The notes under the pieces were generated by a model that worked only from the letters and a program-made list of their open reading frames with translations, was not told where the DNA came from and ran no database searches. From Oscillospiraceae bacterium (lineage in GTDB: Bacteria; Bacillota; Clostridia; Oscillospirales; Ruminococcaceae), in NCBI GenBank assembly GCA_902766785.1, contig CACXEO010000080.1, positions 17,332 to 81,331 on the forward strand: a DNA stretch of 64,000 nucleotides, read 5' to 3'. This document shows, piece by piece, positions 61,518 to 64,000 of the stretch (positions within the stretch are counted from its first letter, which is position 1; the number at the start of each line of letters is the position of its first letter). The position numbers were made by a program, and so were the translations under genes.

Positions 61518-62134
61518 TGCGCGTTACCTCCGCATATCTGCCGGATCGTATCATAGACCCAATCCGTAGATTCAGTTGCTTCTTTCAAACAAGCTTTCTT
61601 GTCATCAGCCGTTAATTTTTCAGAAAGGACCTGAATGATCTCTGGGGTCACATTCGATTTTCCTAAAGTCTTTAATGCCTGAATGACCAAACTCGTCATA
61701 TAGGACAGCCCGGTGATCTCTTTGTTGGTTCGGTGCTTAAATTCCAGCTTTGTGGAATTCCACTCATAGGTCTTGTAGGGTCCGTCGCTGATGTAGGACC
61801 AAACCGCTGTTACCTGCGTGGATAGCCCTAATAGATTCAATGCCGTATTTCCACAAGGCGCAATGGTCCAGTGATAACTCCGGGCCAATGCCTTTGCAAC
61901 CGCGTCTGGGTCTGCTGCTACATATTCGTCAAGCAGCTTACTGTATTTGGGCTTTTCATACACGCCCTTTAATATTCTGCGGAGCGTTCCGGTCTGTGTT
62001 AGTCTGTTCAGATTTCGCCGGATCGTTTCGGTATCTGCAATATCAGCAAAATCAGAACTTACAAAGATTGTACCCTCTGGCACACAGCCAATTCGTTCTT
62101 GTATCTGTTTGGAATACCCATTTGCCACAGTCAT
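61514..62134 (-). CDS. abiEi: AbiEi-family antitoxin / transcriptional autoregulator (wHTH).
   Basis: 206 aa. N-terminal wHTH (ETIRRNLNRLTQTGTLRRILKGVY) and a positively charged C-terminal domain, translationally coupled to abiEii. Confidence 0.7.
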   Translation of the reverse strand: MTVANGYSKQIQERIGCVPEGTIFVSSDFADIADTETIRRNLNRLTQTGTLRRILKGVYEKPKYSKLLDEYVAADPDAVAKALARSYHWTIAPCGNTALNLLGLSTQVTAVWSYISDGPYKTYEWNSTKLEFKHRTNKEITGLSYMTSLVIQALKTLGKSNVTPEIIQVLSEKLTADDKKACLKEATESTDWVYDTIRQICGGNAQ

Positions 62135-62142
62135 CGCCTCCT

Positions 62143-62173
62143 TTGTCCCGAATATTATATATTATTCGGGACA
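62143..62173. repeat. 31-bp repeat copy 1 with perfect 10-bp inverted arms (GTCCCGAATA-TTATATAT-TATTCGGGAC), immediately upstream of the abiEi RBS.
   Basis: Read directly in the sequence. A near-identical copy lies 140 bp away at 62283-62313. Confidence 0.65.
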
Positions 62174-62282
62174 AATTTTCAATAGATTACGCAATTCTTG
62201 TTTAGAGTATTTCCAGAATAAACAGAAGTATTCAATTTGGAAAATGAAATTTGATAATTCACGCCAGAAGATCTATGCTCAG

Positions 62283-62313
62283 TTGTCCCGTATTTTATAT
62301 ATTATTCGGGACA
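62283..62313. repeat. 31-bp repeat copy 2 (three mismatches in the left arm), abutting the stop of the 62316-62840 gene.
   Basis: TTGTCCCGTATTTTATATATTATTCGGGACA against copy 1 TTGTCCCGAATATTATATATTATTCGGGACA. Confidence 0.65.
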
Positions 62314-62315
62314 TT

Positions 62316-62840
62316 TTATGCGCTCGGCAGATAGATCCAGTCGTGCATCAGGCATACAGAAGGTTCGTCCTCCCTGGGAACCAGCCGGTAAGTACATTCC
62401 TCATACACGGTCCGTTTGTCCTCGATCTCCATGCCGTAAGCCTTATAGAAACGGTACTCCAGATTGGAAATAATGCAGCGGAGGGTCTGCAGCGCCTCAC
62501 GCTGGCTGGTGATGATCAGCTCCCGGTCAATGCTCCGCAGTAAAAACAGCAGGGACTTGTAAAGTTGGATCTCTGTCCGATAGGGGCGGCAGTCCATCTT
62601 TTCAAGCCATGTATTAAAAGCAACAGGCCCGCTCTGGATCACCGTGCGCTCCGGGTGATAATACTCGTAGCAGTCCAGGTTGGCAGTATTCAGAAGATAC
62701 AGCATTTCCTTCACTTCATTTTCCGGCATATCATAAAACCGCAAAAGAGACCGGTACAAATGGACATAGCCGGGGATCGAAATAATGGTATTTACCATGT
62801 AATAAAAGACCTCCTTATAAATGGCAGGAGCGGAAGGCAT
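62316..62840 (-). CDS. Hypothetical protein.
   Basis: 174 aa with no recognised family. Codon usage is consistent with coding. Confidence 0.3.
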   Translation of the reverse strand: MPSAPAIYKEVFYYMVNTIISIPGYVHLYRSLLRFYDMPENEVKEMLYLLNTANLDCYEYYHPERTVIQSGPVAFNTWLEKMDCRPYRTEIQLYKSLLFLLRSIDRELIITSQREALQTLRCIISNLEYRFYKAYGMEIEDKRTVYEECTYRLVPREDEPSVCLMHDWIYLPSA

Positions 62841-62869
62841 TGGCCCTCCGCTCCCGGTTTCAAAAGTAT

Positions 62870-63376
62870 TTAGTTTTCAGGTACCGCGATCAGCTTGCCC
62901 ATGACGATAAAGCGTTCCGTGCCGCCAGGTCTGCAAGTGGAGAGGGTCAGCACCTTATCGCTGGAAGTAACCGTTACATCACCTTCCACCACAGAGCGCT
63001 CCAGCATGGTGTTCAGCCAGGTCGTATAGGCTCCATCGTCCTTCCAGCTTAAACGCCAGGGAGAAGTATCTTCCCCGGACTCGGAAGGCTTGGCAGGAAA
63101 TGCCGCGAACAGTTCCACAACATAACCACCTTCAGGGGTGACAAGAAACATTTCCTTATGCGCGTCGAAAAATTCCTGACTGTCATATTCATTCAGAACA
63201 GCAAACATGGAACCATCCCGCATATTGTGGCCGTAGATAATGGTATTGCGGTCTGCAAAATCATCCTGATTTTCATAATCCGCAAACAGGCAGCCGGTCT
63301 TGTTGTAGGTACCATCGTAAAGGTGGTCCAGATAGTAATCGTTGTTGTCAGTCTGCGTACTTTCATCAGAATATCT
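62870..63376 (-). pseudogene. Sortase (class B-like) gene fragment lacking its N-terminus. In-frame stops lie at 63377 and 63422.
   Basis: The minus frame reads ...DNNDYYLDHLYDGTYNKTGCLFADYENQDDFADRNTIIYGHNMRDGSMFAVLNEY...VLTLSTCRPGG. The catalytic His (IYGHN) and the TLxTC Cys motif are present, but no start, signal or TM. Confidence 0.6.
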
Positions 63377-63453
63377 TCAAATATATTGATAATTGCACTG
63401 TTCCTCAACAAGGATGGGATATTATTTTCCATTCACAAAGCCATGATATCTAT

Positions 63454-63873
63454 GTGGAAATGAAAAATAAACACAATACGATGAATTCTTCGTCTTCTCA
63501 AAAGACATATATGCGGATGATGGCAAAAGTATTAGAAGACGAGCGTTGTGAATGTTTTCTAGTTGAAGCTCTGGCACCTAAGTCAAGAAATATAATCTGG
63601 TCTTGCTCTTTAGATGGGAAAAACTTTCAGGTACCTCAAATACATAGAGTATCAATTGATCAGTTTTATAAAATAGTGACGGGAAACGAAAATGCATTTT
63701 TCGATTTATGCCAACAGCTTCCAAAAACTATTCACAAAGTAATTCAGCTAGAGGGAGTATGGCTATTAGAGAAAGACACCGTGTTGCAGGAGCTCCATCA
63801 AATAAACCCTGATGTATTAACTGCGCTCTATATATTAGCATTTAAAACTTACGAGGGTTTTGATAGGCTTTGA
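63454..63873 (+). CDS. Hypothetical protein in a low-GC segment.
   Basis: 139 aa with no recognised family. AT-rich context. Confidence 0.25.
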   Translation: MEMKNKHNTMNSSSSQKTYMRMMAKVLEDERCECFLVEALAPKSRNIIWSCSLDGKNFQVPQIHRVSIDQFYKIVTGNENAFFDLCQQLPKTIHKVIQLEGVWLLEKDTVLQELHQINPDVLTALYILAFKTYEGFDRL

Positions 63874-64000
63874 TTGAGCTTATATTTACAATCGAGCCCA
63901 ACCTGCGTAATTTGTTGTAAATATTACAACATCAAGTTATCAGTACCTCAAATTTCTTAAATGCATTATTTTAACAGAGGTCAGCATTGACGCATCGCTT

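Larger units (their letters stand above)
56850..64000. mobile_element. Degraded integrative/conjugative element remnant (or genomic islet) that runs off the window end. It holds truncated serine recombinase, topB and sortase genes, a Cys-rich KTR gene, an AbiE module and unknown cargo.
   Basis: A cluster of gene fragments diagnostic of Firmicute conjugative elements, low-GC patches (62140-62320, 63380-64000), and a 480-bp noncoding boundary region next to the recombinase remnant. Confidence 0.55.

Overview
This is a 64-kb chromosomal window from a moderately high-GC Firmicute, probably a Clostridia (Oscillospiraceae-like) gut anaerobe, inferred from gene content: MecA, CIRCE-groESL, a YaaH-like spore hydrolase, YdjGHI/flotillin modules and AKR-ferredoxin fusions. 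Most of it is housekeeping backbone: rpoB (C-terminally truncated at the window edge), a macromolecular-synthesis operon (yigZ-dgt-dnaG-rpoD-rrf2), rpmE, pgcA, rpe, an HtrA gene under a two-component system, an ECF sigma/anti-sigma pair, groESL with a perfect CIRCE operator, carbohydrate genes (GH51, GH172, KdgT) and rarA.

The most interesting parts are:
- a compact three-gene RnfD/E/A-like membrane module with no RnfC/G/B, apparently co-transcribed with a membrane-anchored DUF4015 protein and pgcA;
- an orphan corrinoid (B12-binding) protein next to a PocR-domain AraC regulator;
- an island of two SPFH systems: floT-nfeD-DUF1836, and a PspA-less ydjI-ydjG-ydjH cluster led by a novel TM + zinc-ribbon gene. 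Between them sit two divergent small DNA-binding proteins and a 340-nt structured noncoding region;
- a low-GC islet holding a secreted-protein gene interrupted by a TAA stop right after its signal peptide;
- a multiply frameshifted azlCD locus;
- at the 3' end (~56.85-64 kb), a degraded integrative-element remnant. It carries a 5'-truncated large serine recombinase, a truncated and frameshifted topB, a sortase fragment, a Cys-rich KTR protein, several unknown cargo genes, and an intact AbiEi/AbiEii abortive-infection pair whose promoter is flanked by two 31-bp palindromic direct repeats.

No CRISPR array, tRNA or rRNA was detected. All coordinates of noncoding elements were read by eye and may be off by a few bases.
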